Of a stretch of DNA of 64,000 nucleotides, positions 38,916-49,182 are shown piece after piece (the first letter of the stretch is position 1; every line of letters begins with the position of its first letter). The position numbers and the translations under genes were made by a program. The notes under the pieces were generated by a model that was not told the origin of the DNA, did no database searches, and saw only the letters and a program-made list of their open reading frames with translations. Source of the DNA: Candidatus Stercoripulliclostridium sp. (GTDB lineage Bacteria; Bacillota; Clostridia; Christensenellales; DTU072); the NCBI GenBank assembly GCA_045577735.1, contig JAZNIY010000025.1:48964-112963 (forward strand), written 5' to 3'.

Positions 38916-40589
38916 ATGGCTTATTTAACCGATATCGAAATCGCCCAACAATGCAAAATGAAACCTATCACCGAGATAGCTGACTCTATTAATATTGATG
39001 ATAAGTACGTTGAGCAATATGGCAAGTATAAAGCAAAGGTGGACTATTCTTTGCTTAAAGAAAGTACCAGAAAGGACGGCAAACTTATTCTCGTAACAGC
39101 TATTACACCCACCCCTGCAGGCGAGGGGAAAACCACCACGACCATAGGTCTTGCAGACGGCTTAAAACGTATTGGTAAAAACGTTGTAGTTGCCCTTCGC
39201 GAGCCCTCTCTTGGACCGGTTTTTGGCGTTAAAGGTGGCGCAGCCGGTGGTGGATATGCTCAAGTAGTACCCATGGAAGATATTAACCTCCACTTTACGG
39301 GTGACTTCCACGCTATTGGCGCAGCAAACAACCTTCTTGCTGCAATGATAGATAACCACATCCAACAAGGCAATGCTCTTGGCATCGACCCTAGACGCAT
39401 AGTTTGGAAGCGTTGCGTGGACATGAACGATCGTCAACTTCGTTTCGTAGTAGATGGTCTTGGTGGTAAGGTTAACGGCACGCCTCGTGAAGACGGCTTT
39501 GATATTACCGTTGCAAGTGAAATCATGGCAGTATTCTGTCTGGCAAGCTCCATTACTGATCTTAAAGAAAGACTTTCTAGAATCGTTATTGGTTACACTT
39601 ATGACGATAAGCCCGTAACTTGTGGTCAAATTAAGGCGGTTGGCGCAATGGCAGCCCTTCTAAAAGATGCCCTAAAGCCCAACCTCGTTCAAACTTTAGA
39701 GGGTACTCCCTCCTTCGTTCACGGTGGACCTTTTGCAAATATCGCTCACGGCTGTAACTCCGTTATAGCAACCAGAATGGCACTAAAACTTGGTGATTAC
39801 GCAGTTACCGAAGCTGGCTTTGGCGCAGACCTAGGTGCAGAAAAATTCCTTGATATCAAGTGCCGTATGACTGGCCTTACACCTAGTGCAGTAGTTGTTG
39901 TTGCAACCGTTCGCGCACTCAAGTTGCACGGTGGCGCACTCAAAACTGAACTTGGCAACGAAAACCTCGTTGCACTAGAAAAGGGACTTCCCAACCTTCT
40001 CCGTCACGTATCCAATATGGTCAACGTTTATAAACTTCCTTGCGTGGTTGCAGTTAACCGTTTCCCCACCGATACCGACAATGAAATTGAACTTGTAATT
40101 AACAAGTGCAAAGAACTTGGCGTAAACGTAGTTCTTTCTACCGTTTGGGCAGATGGTGGCAAGGGTGGTATGGCACTTGCAGAAGAGGTAGTACGTCTTT
40201 GTGAAAAAGAGAACAATTTCTCATTCAGTTATTCACTTGATGGTACTATTGAAGACAAGATTGAAGGCATTGTTAAGAACGTATATGGTGGCGCTGGAGT
40301 TAACTTTACGGCTGAAGCCAAAAAGCAAATTGCAACTTTAACGGCACTAGGTTTCGATAAGATTCCCGTATGTATGGCAAAGACCCAATATTCATTTAGT
40401 GATAATCCCGCTCTTCTAGGCGCACCCGAAGGCTTCATCGTTACCGTTCGTAACGTAAAAGTTAGTGCTGGTGCCGGCTTTATCGTAGCCCTTACCGGTG
40501 ATATTATGACCATGCCCGGACTTCCCAAGGTTCCCGCAGCAGAACGCATTGATGTTAATGAAGACGGAGTTATAACCGGCCTATTCTAA
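38916..40589 (+). CDS. fhs: Formate-tetrahydrofolate ligase
   Basis: [28 protein letters not shown]. Confidence 0.97.
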   Translation: MAYLTDIEIAQQCKMKPITEIADSINIDDKYVEQYGKYKAKVDYSLLKESTRKDGKLILVTAITPTPAGEGKTTTTIGLADGLKRIGKNVVVALREPSLGPVFGVKGGAAGGGYAQVVPMEDINLHFTGDFHAIGAANNLLAAMIDNHIQQGNALGIDPRRIVWKRCVDMNDRQLRFVVDGLGGKVNGTPREDGFDITVASEIMAVFCLASSITDLKERLSRIVIGYTYDDKPVTCGQIKAVGAMAALLKDALKPNLVQTLEGTPSFVHGGPFANIAHGCNSVIATRMALKLGDYAVTEAGFGADLGAEKFLDIKCRMTGLTPSAVVVVATVRALKLHGGALKTELGNENLVALEKGLPNLLRHVSNMVNVYKLPCVVAVNRFPTDTDNEIELVINKCKELGVNVVLSTVWADGGKGGMALAEEVVRLCEKENNFSFSYSLDGTIEDKIEGIVKNVYGGAGVNFTAEAKKQIATLTALGFDKIPVCMAKTQYSFSDNPALLGAPEGFIVTVRNVKVSAGAGFIVALTGDIMTMPGLPKVPAAERIDVNEDGVITGLF

Positions 40590-40714
40590 AAACGCGTTAT
40601 TTTAGCGCTCCCCATAGAAAATAATTAACCCCACTCAGTCATTTACGTCGAGTAAACTCCTGTCGTGGGGTTTTCTCATTTCCGTCGGGGAGCATCTAAA
40701 TTAACGCGTTTTTA
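40587..40714. repeat. Long nested imperfect palindrome (MITE/REP-like or structured 3' UTR)
   Basis: TAAAAACGCGTTA/TAACGCGTTTTTA, GCTCCCC/GGGGAGC, AACCCCAC/GTGGGGTT, TTTAC/GTAAA arms. Confidence 0.7.
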
Positions 40715-40935
40715 AGAGGCTAGTCAATGGTGAGAACAAATTAAACCTTTTCCTTGTGAGCGAAGTGTAACGGAGTGAAGCCGTTCCACGTTCCGCATTC
40801 CGCGCTCCACACTTAATATCTATCCTTGTTTGTGTAACATCGTGTAGCAATGTCGTTTTGCGTTTATTTGTAATTTGGGTATTTACTAAATACTCTTTTA
40901 ATAGTATAATATGTTCATTAAGGAGCTTGTTGGAT

Positions 40936-42369
40936 ATGAGTGCAACCAAAGAACAAAGAATAGTTTTAAGAAGAGAAAGAGAAATTAAGCATTGGGAGAG
41001 AGAAAAGAATCGCCCAAAGGGTAAGTATTATATTGCTTACGTAATCTTTATTATAACCTTAATTTATGCGGTAGACGAGATTGCATCACAGATTACTACC
41101 TTAATGAAGACGGAGATTGCAAACGATCTTTTTGCTACTGAAAACTCAATTGGGCTTTTAAATATTCTTACCATTTTGGTAGTCCCATTCCAAGCATTAG
41201 GGCTTCTATATCGCCCGCTTGCCGACAGATTTGGTAGAAAGGTTTTCCTAATTATAAATACCTTTGGCATGAGCCTTGCACTCCTAGTAATATTCCTTTC
41301 GCGCAACGTTATAGTGTACTTTATTGGTGCGTGTATGGTGCAATTCTTCATTCCACACGATATGCACGTTGTATATATTATGGAGTCATCTAGTCCAAAG
41401 CAACGCGCGCGTACATATTCGGTAATAAAATTTGTTGCCAACATGGGTGTTATGCTCATTCCTTTAATGCGCAAACTAATGATGGACAATGCTGGTGAAT
41501 GGCGTAACGTTTTCCTAGTACCTGCAATAGTAGGGTTAGTTGCTTCTTTTATTGCACTAGTGCTTGCAAGAGAAACCGACAGCTTTATTGACTCACGCTT
41601 GCGTTACCTTAACTTAACGGATGAAGAGCGACAAGCAGAGAAAGAGCAAAAGGCTCTTGATAATGCTCAAGGTGGTCTAATTCCAGCTTTAAAGTTTGCA
41701 CTAAAGCACAAGCAATTGCGTTGGCTATATATAACTTCTGCACTTATGAATATCGGTTTTATTGCCACTATTGACTATCAAGCAATAATGACCTACGGGT
41801 ATGCTACCAACTATTTGAATAGTGGTTTGTTTGCTACCTTAAACGATGCAGTAAATTCGGTTAGTACGGGGGTAATTACCGAAGCGCTGTTCCTCTTCCC
41901 CATAGGCAGTGCCGTTGCTCAAGTAATAATGGGTTTTGTTAGCGATATTAAGGGAAGAAAACTTGCTGCCATCGTTACGGCACTAAATTGCCTAGTAAGT
42001 TTCGTATTGTTTATTGTAGGCGCAAACCTTGGTTGGAGTCCATATTTTGTAGGTCTAATGTGTGGCGCATGCATTGGTAGTTACTATAGTTCTAACGACG
42101 TTATAATTATGATGATAGGGGAATCATCTCCCACGAACTTACGTTCATCAACGATGTCTGCCCAGTTTATTGTAACGGGCATAGGCGTTGTGATTTCCTA
42201 TGGCATAAGCTTGCCAATAACTTCCATACTAGGCAATACGGTTGTGGGAATAGTTGCTTTCTGCCTACTTGTTCCCGGCTTTATTAGTGGATTTATATCT
42301 CTTGTTAAAAAGTGTCACGAAACCAAGGGTATCGATATGGAAACGGTAAAAGGTGACGAATGGGATTAA
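40936..42369 (+). CDS. MFS transporter
   Basis: LADRFGRK and VSDIKGRK motif A; ES-P..R motifs; ~12 TM. Confidence 0.88.
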   Translation: MSATKEQRIVLRREREIKHWEREKNRPKGKYYIAYVIFIITLIYAVDEIASQITTLMKTEIANDLFATENSIGLLNILTILVVPFQALGLLYRPLADRFGRKVFLIINTFGMSLALLVIFLSRNVIVYFIGACMVQFFIPHDMHVVYIMESSSPKQRARTYSVIKFVANMGVMLIPLMRKLMMDNAGEWRNVFLVPAIVGLVASFIALVLARETDSFIDSRLRYLNLTDEERQAEKEQKALDNAQGGLIPALKFALKHKQLRWLYITSALMNIGFIATIDYQAIMTYGYATNYLNSGLFATLNDAVNSVSTGVITEALFLFPIGSAVAQVIMGFVSDIKGRKLAAIVTALNCLVSFVLFIVGANLGWSPYFVGLMCGACIGSYYSSNDVIIMMIGESSPTNLRSSTMSAQFIVTGIGVVISYGISLPITSILGNTVVGIVAFCLLVPGFISGFISLVKKCHETKGIDMETVKGDEWD

Positions 42370-42463
42370 ACTAACAAGATTTTAAAACGAGCACCACTAT
42401 AGAATAGTGGTGTTTTTTATTTTTAAAAAACTTTACAAAATTTTACACTTTTTTACGGAAATC

Positions 42464-42504
42464 ACTTGACAGAATTTTACAGAAAGTGTAAAATAGTGTC
42501 AAGT
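42464..42504 (+). promoter_or_regulatory. Promoter embedded in a 41-bp palindrome (candidate auto-operator)
   Basis: ACTTGACA-ga-ATTTTACA-gaaag-TGTAAAAT-ag-TGTCAAGT; TTGACA-N17-TAAAAT. Confidence 0.7.
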
Positions 42505-42519
42505 TAAGGAGGTCGAAAG

Positions 42520-42861
42520 ATGAAGATAACCGACATGATATCAATTACCGAGTTATCCCGACTACTCAAAAAAACAAGACCAACCGTATACAAATATCTT
42601 GCAGATTTTGAGAAAGGGAATTTTAGTGCACTACCCCACTCGGTAAAGAAGTTGTTTAGCAGTATCCAAAGTGGTAAAACTCCCAAAAAAGAAATTTATG
42701 AATATTGCGATTATTGGTACCAAGATGATTTTACTGCTACGGAGTTCAAAACCAAAGAAGAATCTACCACTTTAAAAGAGGTAATAAATCTATTAAAAAC
42801 AAATGAAAGAAAGCTTAACCTGTCAAAGATAAAGGAATTTATATTGGAGGAGTTAAAATGA
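42520..42861 (+). CDS. Small HTH-like DNA-binding protein
   Basis: ISITELSRLLKKTRPTVYKYL. Confidence 0.65.
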   Translation: MKITDMISITELSRLLKKTRPTVYKYLADFEKGNFSALPHSVKKLFSSIQSGKTPKKEIYEYCDYWYQDDFTATEFKTKEESTTLKEVINLLKTNERKLNLSKIKEFILEELK

Positions 42862-43784
42862 TTTTTAATAAGGCAAAAAGATTGGCAAAGGCCAAAAAAT
42901 TGGTGGCAAAAAACCTAATATATATTCGCTTGAAGAGTGATCTTGAAGCAATAGAAAGGGACATTAATAATAATCAACCCGTGGAAAAAGAGGCTGGTGG
43001 CAATGCAATAGTAAAATTCATTAATGGAATAGCTACCGACGTTGCAAATAGCGTAAGAAGAAAGGCTGTTTCCGAGCTTTCAGTTGAGAAAAAGGTGGCA
43101 GTTGATAACTTAACGGCATTCGAAAAAGAAAACGATGCAAAAGACTTGGAGCTTGCAGGGGACCTAGAAAAACTCAAGAATTATATTAACAAAGAGCTCT
43201 TTAAAAAGGACGCATACGGCATTCAAAGAATGCAATTCGCACTTTCTTTAATGCTAGATAATTCTCGTGAATACGTAAGAAAAGAGGACTCTTTGGAAGT
43301 TGTTTCTAAGGTATTGTTTGACGATGAAGGTTACATGAACGTACTCTTCAATGCGTTCGAGCAAAATTACTATGGCATACAAAAGAAAACCGTTGACGAA
43401 CTAAAAGCTGGTATGCTATTAGGGGCCGGAGTATGGAGTCTAGTAACCGGCAGTTTACTACCCATTGGACTAGGTGGAATGGCAACGCTTGTCAAGCACG
43501 TCATTAGTAGAAAGGAACAAAAAGAAAATTTCCAAACCCTAACTAAGGACGAGCTACAAGCATTCCTAGCAATGAAGCTTACGATTATAGAGGAAACTAG
43601 AACAAGGCTTCCCGAAAACGTAAAGAATGATCTAATTGACGATTTACTCAAATACGTTTCCAACCTAAGAGGGGATGCAGAGTACGAATGGCTCATTGAA
43701 AAGATGGACGTTCCTACTAATAAAGAAAAGATTGAACTTTGCAATTTAACAGTAGAAAGACTTTCCGTAGTCGTAGGAATCTAG
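42858..43784 (+). CDS. Hypothetical helical protein with a Gly-rich hydrophobic hairpin
   Basis: ATGA overlap with upstream gene; no family recognised. Confidence 0.6.
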   Translation: MIFNKAKRLAKAKKLVAKNLIYIRLKSDLEAIERDINNNQPVEKEAGGNAIVKFINGIATDVANSVRRKAVSELSVEKKVAVDNLTAFEKENDAKDLELAGDLEKLKNYINKELFKKDAYGIQRMQFALSLMLDNSREYVRKEDSLEVVSKVLFDDEGYMNVLFNAFEQNYYGIQKKTVDELKAGMLLGAGVWSLVTGSLLPIGLGGMATLVKHVISRKEQKENFQTLTKDELQAFLAMKLTIIEETRTRLPENVKNDLIDDLLKYVSNLRGDAEYEWLIEKMDVPTNKEKIELCNLTVERLSVVVGI

Positions 43785-43864
43785 TAAGCTGTTAACGATA
43801 TATATAAACAAAGAAGTTCCCGTTTTGGGGAACTTCTTTTTCATTTTAGGAACACTATTGTGGG

Positions 43865-46204
43865 TTATGCAACAATATCATTGCTGTCCTTCGTTTCTTC
43901 CAAAGGATCGCCGTTTTCCTCTGCAATGGCCTTGTTTTTCTTTTTAAACAAGTTTTTAAAGTCACACTTGTCAACCAATTTTTCCGTAACAAGCAGTAGA
44001 GAAGGAAGAACGAATATTACTATGATTAGTGAGGTTAGTGCGCCCACACCAAGCAGGCTTCCCATTGCTGAAACCGTGCCACTTGCGAGCAAACTCAAAG
44101 CAAATCCTGTGCCTGTTAGTATTATGCCGGAGGTAATAATAGTTGGGAATACTGCGTTTTCGGCATCAGCCATTGCTTCGTATCTGTCAAGGTAGTTGCC
44201 CCTTATTTCACGGTATCTGTTTGTAAGCACAATCGCATAGTCTATGGTTGCACCCATTTGTACTGCCGTAATAATAAGGTAACCAATGAAAGCAATAGGT
44301 GTGCTTGTTAGGAAGGGGAATACGAAGTTTATCCATATACCACCTTGAATTGCAAGGATGAGTACGATGGGGAGTAGTAAATTTTTGAAGGCGAATAGTA
44401 GGATGACGAGAACGAAGCCAAGCGAGCATAGACATACTATTAGGTTATCGCTATCGAAGTAACTTGCCATATCGTAACAGGCAACGCTTTCACCCGTCAT
44501 ATAAAACTCGTTATAGTAATTAGGAATATTTGCGCCCAGCTCGTCTAGGAAAGCGAAAGTATCTTCACTTTCTATTTCTGAACAAATATTAAATGTCAAG
44601 CGAGTGTAATTTTCACTCTCCAAGTTGGCCTTTGCAAAGGTTAGGGAATCAAGCATACTTGCATAGTCACCAAGCATTGGGGCAATAATCTCGCCGTACT
44701 CTGCTACAACGTATTCCAGTAGGTCAATAATGCGAACCTTTGCGTTTGTATCGGTGATGCTTTTACTGGTTAGATAGCCGTCAAAAATGGACTCGGCAAA
44801 GGTTTCGAATGCGCTAAAATCTTGACCTCCGGCAAGGGCGCCCATTAAGCTGGACATATCTTCCTTGCCTATTTCATCGGTGAGATATACGCCTTCTGCA
44901 AGCTCAATGGTGGAAAGTGCGTTAACAGAGTCAACGTTGTCAAATGAGGTTACGTATTCAGCAAGAGCCCTTTCTTGCTCGGGGTTACCTTTGGGAACAA
45001 CAACGACTAGAGAATTTAAAGTGCCAAAATCATCGGTTATGTGCTCTTTGGCATCTACTATCATGGAGCCACCATTGTAGTTGAATGAATAGTCGTTATA
45101 GAATTGACCGACGCAAGCAAGTGCAACAATGACTATGAAAATGGGAACGATTACCTTTCTACCCTTTAGTAGTGCTTTCGCGGGCTTTTTAACGCTTGGG
45201 ACAAAAGGCTTGTGTTTACTCTTCATAAGAGGCTTGTCAAGAAGAACTAATAGGGCGGGCATTAGGAATACTACGCTGAGTAAACTTGCAATAATACTCT
45301 TACCGAGAGCAAGACCGATTTCCACACCAATGGGCATACTCATTAGTAGTAGTGAGCCAAGACCGGCGATGGTGGTTAACGAGCTGGAGAATATTTCAAT
45401 TAGCCCCTTTGAAAGCGCCGTTGATGCAGCGTTCGTAGCGTCTTTAGTTTTCCTTTCTTCCATATATCTATGAAGTAAAATAACCATATAGTCAAGCGAA
45501 AGAGCGAGTTGTAGTACGAGGGCAACTAGGTTGGAGAGGTAACTTATGCCGTTGAAGAGTATGTTTGTACCCATGTTGACGGCCACGGCACAAGCAAACG
45601 TAATTAGCATAATTACAATTTCAAAGTAGGTTTTGGAAGTAAAGAATAGTATTGCAAGAATTAGTACGACGATCACTACACCAATTTTTAAAATGCTGTC
45701 TTCGGTTTCAGCCTTGGTGAAATATGAGTATGCACTCATTCCCGTGAGATAACCCTCTCTACCCGTTTCGTCAAGGTAATCAATAATATCTTCTACCGCT
45801 TGGAAGGCGCCTTTGGTGCTATCGTAATCGGTGAGGTTTACGGTATAAAGAGCCTTGTTATTACGATAGTTCATGTCTTCAACGTATGTAACGTTTGCAA
45901 CACCTTTAATATTTTTGAGTTCACCGAGCAAAGTATTGGCCTCGGATTTAGTGATGTTTACCACACAAACGTAGGTCATACCTTTGTCATCAAATTCTTT
46001 TTTTAGCAAATCAAGAGCATCGTCGGTATAACTTTTGTCTGGCATTTGTCCAGTCAGATCATATTCAATTTCTATAAAAGGAATCATGCACGCGCAACCA
46101 ATTGTTAGCACTATAAAAACGATTAGGCACACCCATTTACCTTTAACGATAGCGTTTGAAAACTTATCTAGTAAACCGCTTGCTTTTTTTAGAAAATTAT
46201 TCAT
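43865..46204 (-). CDS. MMPL/RND-family transporter
   Basis: Two repeats with LALSLDY..LLHRY.EE and MGATIDYAIVLTNRYRE. Confidence 0.88.
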   Translation of the reverse strand: MNNFLKKASGLLDKFSNAIVKGKWVCLIVFIVLTIGCACMIPFIEIEYDLTGQMPDKSYTDDALDLLKKEFDDKGMTYVCVVNITKSEANTLLGELKNIKGVANVTYVEDMNYRNNKALYTVNLTDYDSTKGAFQAVEDIIDYLDETGREGYLTGMSAYSYFTKAETEDSILKIGVVIVVLILAILFFTSKTYFEIVIMLITFACAVAVNMGTNILFNGISYLSNLVALVLQLALSLDYMVILLHRYMEERKTKDATNAASTALSKGLIEIFSSSLTTIAGLGSLLLMSMPIGVEIGLALGKSIIASLLSVVFLMPALLVLLDKPLMKSKHKPFVPSVKKPAKALLKGRKVIVPIFIVIVALACVGQFYNDYSFNYNGGSMIVDAKEHITDDFGTLNSLVVVVPKGNPEQERALAEYVTSFDNVDSVNALSTIELAEGVYLTDEIGKEDMSSLMGALAGGQDFSAFETFAESIFDGYLTSKSITDTNAKVRIIDLLEYVVAEYGEIIAPMLGDYASMLDSLTFAKANLESENYTRLTFNICSEIESEDTFAFLDELGANIPNYYNEFYMTGESVACYDMASYFDSDNLIVCLCSLGFVLVILLFAFKNLLLPIVLILAIQGGIWINFVFPFLTSTPIAFIGYLIITAVQMGATIDYAIVLTNRYREIRGNYLDRYEAMADAENAVFPTIITSGIILTGTGFALSLLASGTVSAMGSLLGVGALTSLIIVIFVLPSLLLVTEKLVDKCDFKNLFKKKNKAIAEENGDPLEETKDSNDIVA

Positions 46205-46376
46205 TTTTGCACCCTTCCACAAAATGCTTGTTTATATTGTAAAACTATTACGTTAATAATAAGTTAAAACAAAGTTAAATTGCAAGAGTTTTTTATAACT
46301 TGTTATAAAAACATATATTGACTAATAAGACGTAGAGGGTTATAATAGAAGATAGGAAAATTATAAGGAGATGCTT

Positions 46377-47891
46377 ATGAGCAACTATGACGTAATTGTA
46401 GTAGGTGCCGGCAATGGTGGTCTAATGGCTGCTGCCAACACCTCTAAAGCAGGCTTAAAGACCTTACTACTAGAAAAACACAATTTGCCCGGTGGTTGCG
46501 CAACCAGTTTCAGAAGGGGTAGGTTCGAATTTGAACCATCTCTACACGAACTTTGTGGCGTTGGCACCAAAGAAGAACCCGCAGAAATTTATGGTCTATT
46601 TGACGAACTTGGTGCAAAGGTTAATTGGGAGTACGAAGACACTATGTATCGCACTATTGTTAAGGGCGAAAATGGGTATGACGTAACTGTTAAAGCAAAG
46701 CGCGAACCATTCTATGACAGTATGGAAAAGGCTGTTCCCGGATGCCGAGAAAAAGTCAAAGCGTTCATTGAACTAAACGATAAGGTTGACGCAGCTCTTG
46801 AATACGTTGATAAAAAGAAAGGGAATCCTAATCCTCTAGTAATGGTACTCAAACACTCCGATTTTATGCGTGTTTGTGCACACTCTACCGAGGAAATATT
46901 GGACGCTTTGGAAATGCCAGACAAAGCAAAAAAGATTCTTACAACCTACTGGGGTTACCTAGGTGTTCCTACCGATGAGCTTAACTGTATGCACTTTTTA
47001 AGCATGCTTACAAGCTACATGGACAACTGTGCTGCAATGCCAAAAAAACGCTCCCACGAATTGTCCCTTGCCCTTTGTGACGTAATCTACAAGAATGGTG
47101 GTGAAATTCGTTACAATAGCGAAGTAACCGAATTCCTATACAACGAAGACGGCTCTATCGCAGGCGTAGTTGCAAACGGAGAAAAACTTTATGCAAAAGA
47201 GGTAATATCCAACGTTATTGCAAATACCGTATTCAATCGTTCCAAAGGCGTTAAACTTCCCGAGCGTGACGTTAAACTTGCAAAGTCAAGAGAGTTCGGT
47301 ATATCCGTTGCAACCATATACTTAGGATTAGACAAATCTGCTGAAGAGTTAGGCATTAATGATTATACCGTTTTCATTGCAAACGATGGGGATCCTCGTA
47401 CCCAAGACAACAATAGAGTAAACGATGGTTTTTACATTGTTAACTGCTTGAACAAGGTTATTCCCGACAGCTCGCCAGAAGGAACTTGTACGCTTTTCTT
47501 TACTACCTTAATTTATGGTTCTGACCTCCCCAAAGATCTTAAGCCCGAGGACTATAAGAAGTACAAGAATGACCTTGCTGAAAGACTTATTCGTGACTAT
47601 GAAGAGACGATGGGCGTAAACGTTATGGATCACATTGAAGAAATATCAATTGCAACTCCGGTAACCTTTGCTCGTTATCTTGGAACCCCAGACGGAACTA
47701 TTTATGGATATAAAAACGCTGGTTGGGATAACGTTATTATGCGTACGACAGCACAAGGAAAGGACAACAACATTAAAGGCTTGTCGTTCTGTGGCGGACA
47801 TGGCGTACGTGGTGACGGCTACAGTAGCGCATATTCAACCGGTGCTACGGAAGGTAAGCGCGTAGTTAGAAAATTAAAGGGGGACAAATAA
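46377..47891 (+). CDS. FAD-dependent oxidoreductase of the phytoene desaturase/retinol saturase family
   Basis: VVGAGNGGL, EKHNLPGGCATSF.RGRFEFE, ATPVTFARY, GTIYG. Confidence 0.85.
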   Translation: MSNYDVIVVGAGNGGLMAAANTSKAGLKTLLLEKHNLPGGCATSFRRGRFEFEPSLHELCGVGTKEEPAEIYGLFDELGAKVNWEYEDTMYRTIVKGENGYDVTVKAKREPFYDSMEKAVPGCREKVKAFIELNDKVDAALEYVDKKKGNPNPLVMVLKHSDFMRVCAHSTEEILDALEMPDKAKKILTTYWGYLGVPTDELNCMHFLSMLTSYMDNCAAMPKKRSHELSLALCDVIYKNGGEIRYNSEVTEFLYNEDGSIAGVVANGEKLYAKEVISNVIANTVFNRSKGVKLPERDVKLAKSREFGISVATIYLGLDKSAEELGINDYTVFIANDGDPRTQDNNRVNDGFYIVNCLNKVIPDSSPEGTCTLFFTTLIYGSDLPKDLKPEDYKKYKNDLAERLIRDYEETMGVNVMDHIEEISIATPVTFARYLGTPDGTIYGYKNAGWDNVIMRTTAQGKDNNIKGLSFCGGHGVRGDGYSSAYSTGATEGKRVVRKLKGDK

Positions 47892-47892
47892 T

Positions 47893-49098
47893 ATGGCAAG
47901 TGCAATTAAGAAAATAAATCCTGCTGATTTTTTGAAGCTTGAACCAACTCGTGAAAAGAAAATTGCCGGAGCAGAATACGGCGCAATAAAGCCCGAAACT
48001 GCCTATCTTCCCAATAAGATTGCAAAGGCACTTCACCCCGAAGTACAACATCTAATCGTTAAAGAGATTATACCTTTTAGTGATGACGTTAAGACTTTTA
48101 CTCTTATTGCTGATAAAGAAGCCGGTACGGAAGCCCTTGCTTATTTTAGCGCCGGGCAATATCTTTCCATAAGGTTAAAGGTAGGCGACGTAGAATTAAC
48201 TCGTCCCTATTCCATTTCGTCTTGTCCCAAAGATGCGCTTGACGGATTCTATCAACTAACTATTAAGAGAGTAGATGGTGGTCTTGCTAGCGAATATATT
48301 TTGGACAACTGGGCAGAGGGTACCAAGGTTAGTGCATCTGCTCCTCAAGGAACCTTTACCTATGAGCGTTTGCGTGATGCTAAAACCATTATTGGCGTTG
48401 CCGGTGGTAGTGGTATCACTCCCTTCCGCTCCCTTGCAAAGTCGATTGCAAATGGTGACGAAGACTGCAATTTGATTTTACTTTATGGTTCACGTACCAA
48501 GGCTGACATTCTCTTCCTTGACGAGTTAAAGGCTATTGAAAGTGGTTGTGCCAAGTTTAAACTTGTTAACGTCTTGAGTGACGAAAGGGTTGATGGTGAG
48601 GAGAGTGGTTTCATAACAGCTGATCTTATTACAAAGTATGCTCCTGAAGGCAACTACTCCATATTCCTTTGTGGGCCTCAAGGAATGTATACTTTCGTTG
48701 ACAAAGAAATAGAGAAACTAGGACTTCGTCAAAAGTTCGTTCGTCACGAATTGTTTGGTGAGTATCATAACCCAGAAAAGTTAGAAGGCTATCCTACGGA
48801 TGCTGTTGGTAAAACCTTTAAGCTAACCGTAACGGTATGTGGCGTAACTAAGGTTGTAGACTGCAGTGCCAACGAAACGATGCTTTCTGCTATGGAACGT
48901 GGTGGCATACTTGCTCCTGCAAATTGCCGTAGCGGTGAATGTGGCTGGTGTCACTCCAGACTTGTTAGTGGAAACGTGTACGTACCAAAACGCGGAGATG
49001 GAAGAAGACTTGCCGACCTCGATTTCGGGTACGTTCATCCCTGTATGACCTTTGCCCTTGGTGACTGTGAACTAGACGTTCCCCCTTTTAAAGCATAA
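47893..49098 (+). CDS. FNR-type FAD/NAD(P) reductase with C-terminal 2Fe-2S ferredoxin
   Basis: RPYSISS, AGGSGITPF, LCGP, CRSGECGWC...C. Confidence 0.88.
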   Translation: MASAIKKINPADFLKLEPTREKKIAGAEYGAIKPETAYLPNKIAKALHPEVQHLIVKEIIPFSDDVKTFTLIADKEAGTEALAYFSAGQYLSIRLKVGDVELTRPYSISSCPKDALDGFYQLTIKRVDGGLASEYILDNWAEGTKVSASAPQGTFTYERLRDAKTIIGVAGGSGITPFRSLAKSIANGDEDCNLILLYGSRTKADILFLDELKAIESGCAKFKLVNVLSDERVDGEESGFITADLITKYAPEGNYSIFLCGPQGMYTFVDKEIEKLGLRQKFVRHELFGEYHNPEKLEGYPTDAVGKTFKLTVTVCGVTKVVDCSANETMLSAMERGGILAPANCRSGECGWCHSRLVSGNVYVPKRGDGRRLADLDFGYVHPCMTFALGDCELDVPPFKA

Positions 49099-49182
49099 CG
49101 CTAATAAACTAAAACAGCCCGCTTGTTCGGGCTGTTTTTTTGTGCCAATAAGTACTAGAATATGTATCTATAGCTACAAAAA

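Noticed and set aside
24866-40549. Many short antisense or alternative-frame ORFs inside feoB, pur and fhs
   Set aside because: Shadow ORFs of well-supported genes, without RBS or recognisable motifs
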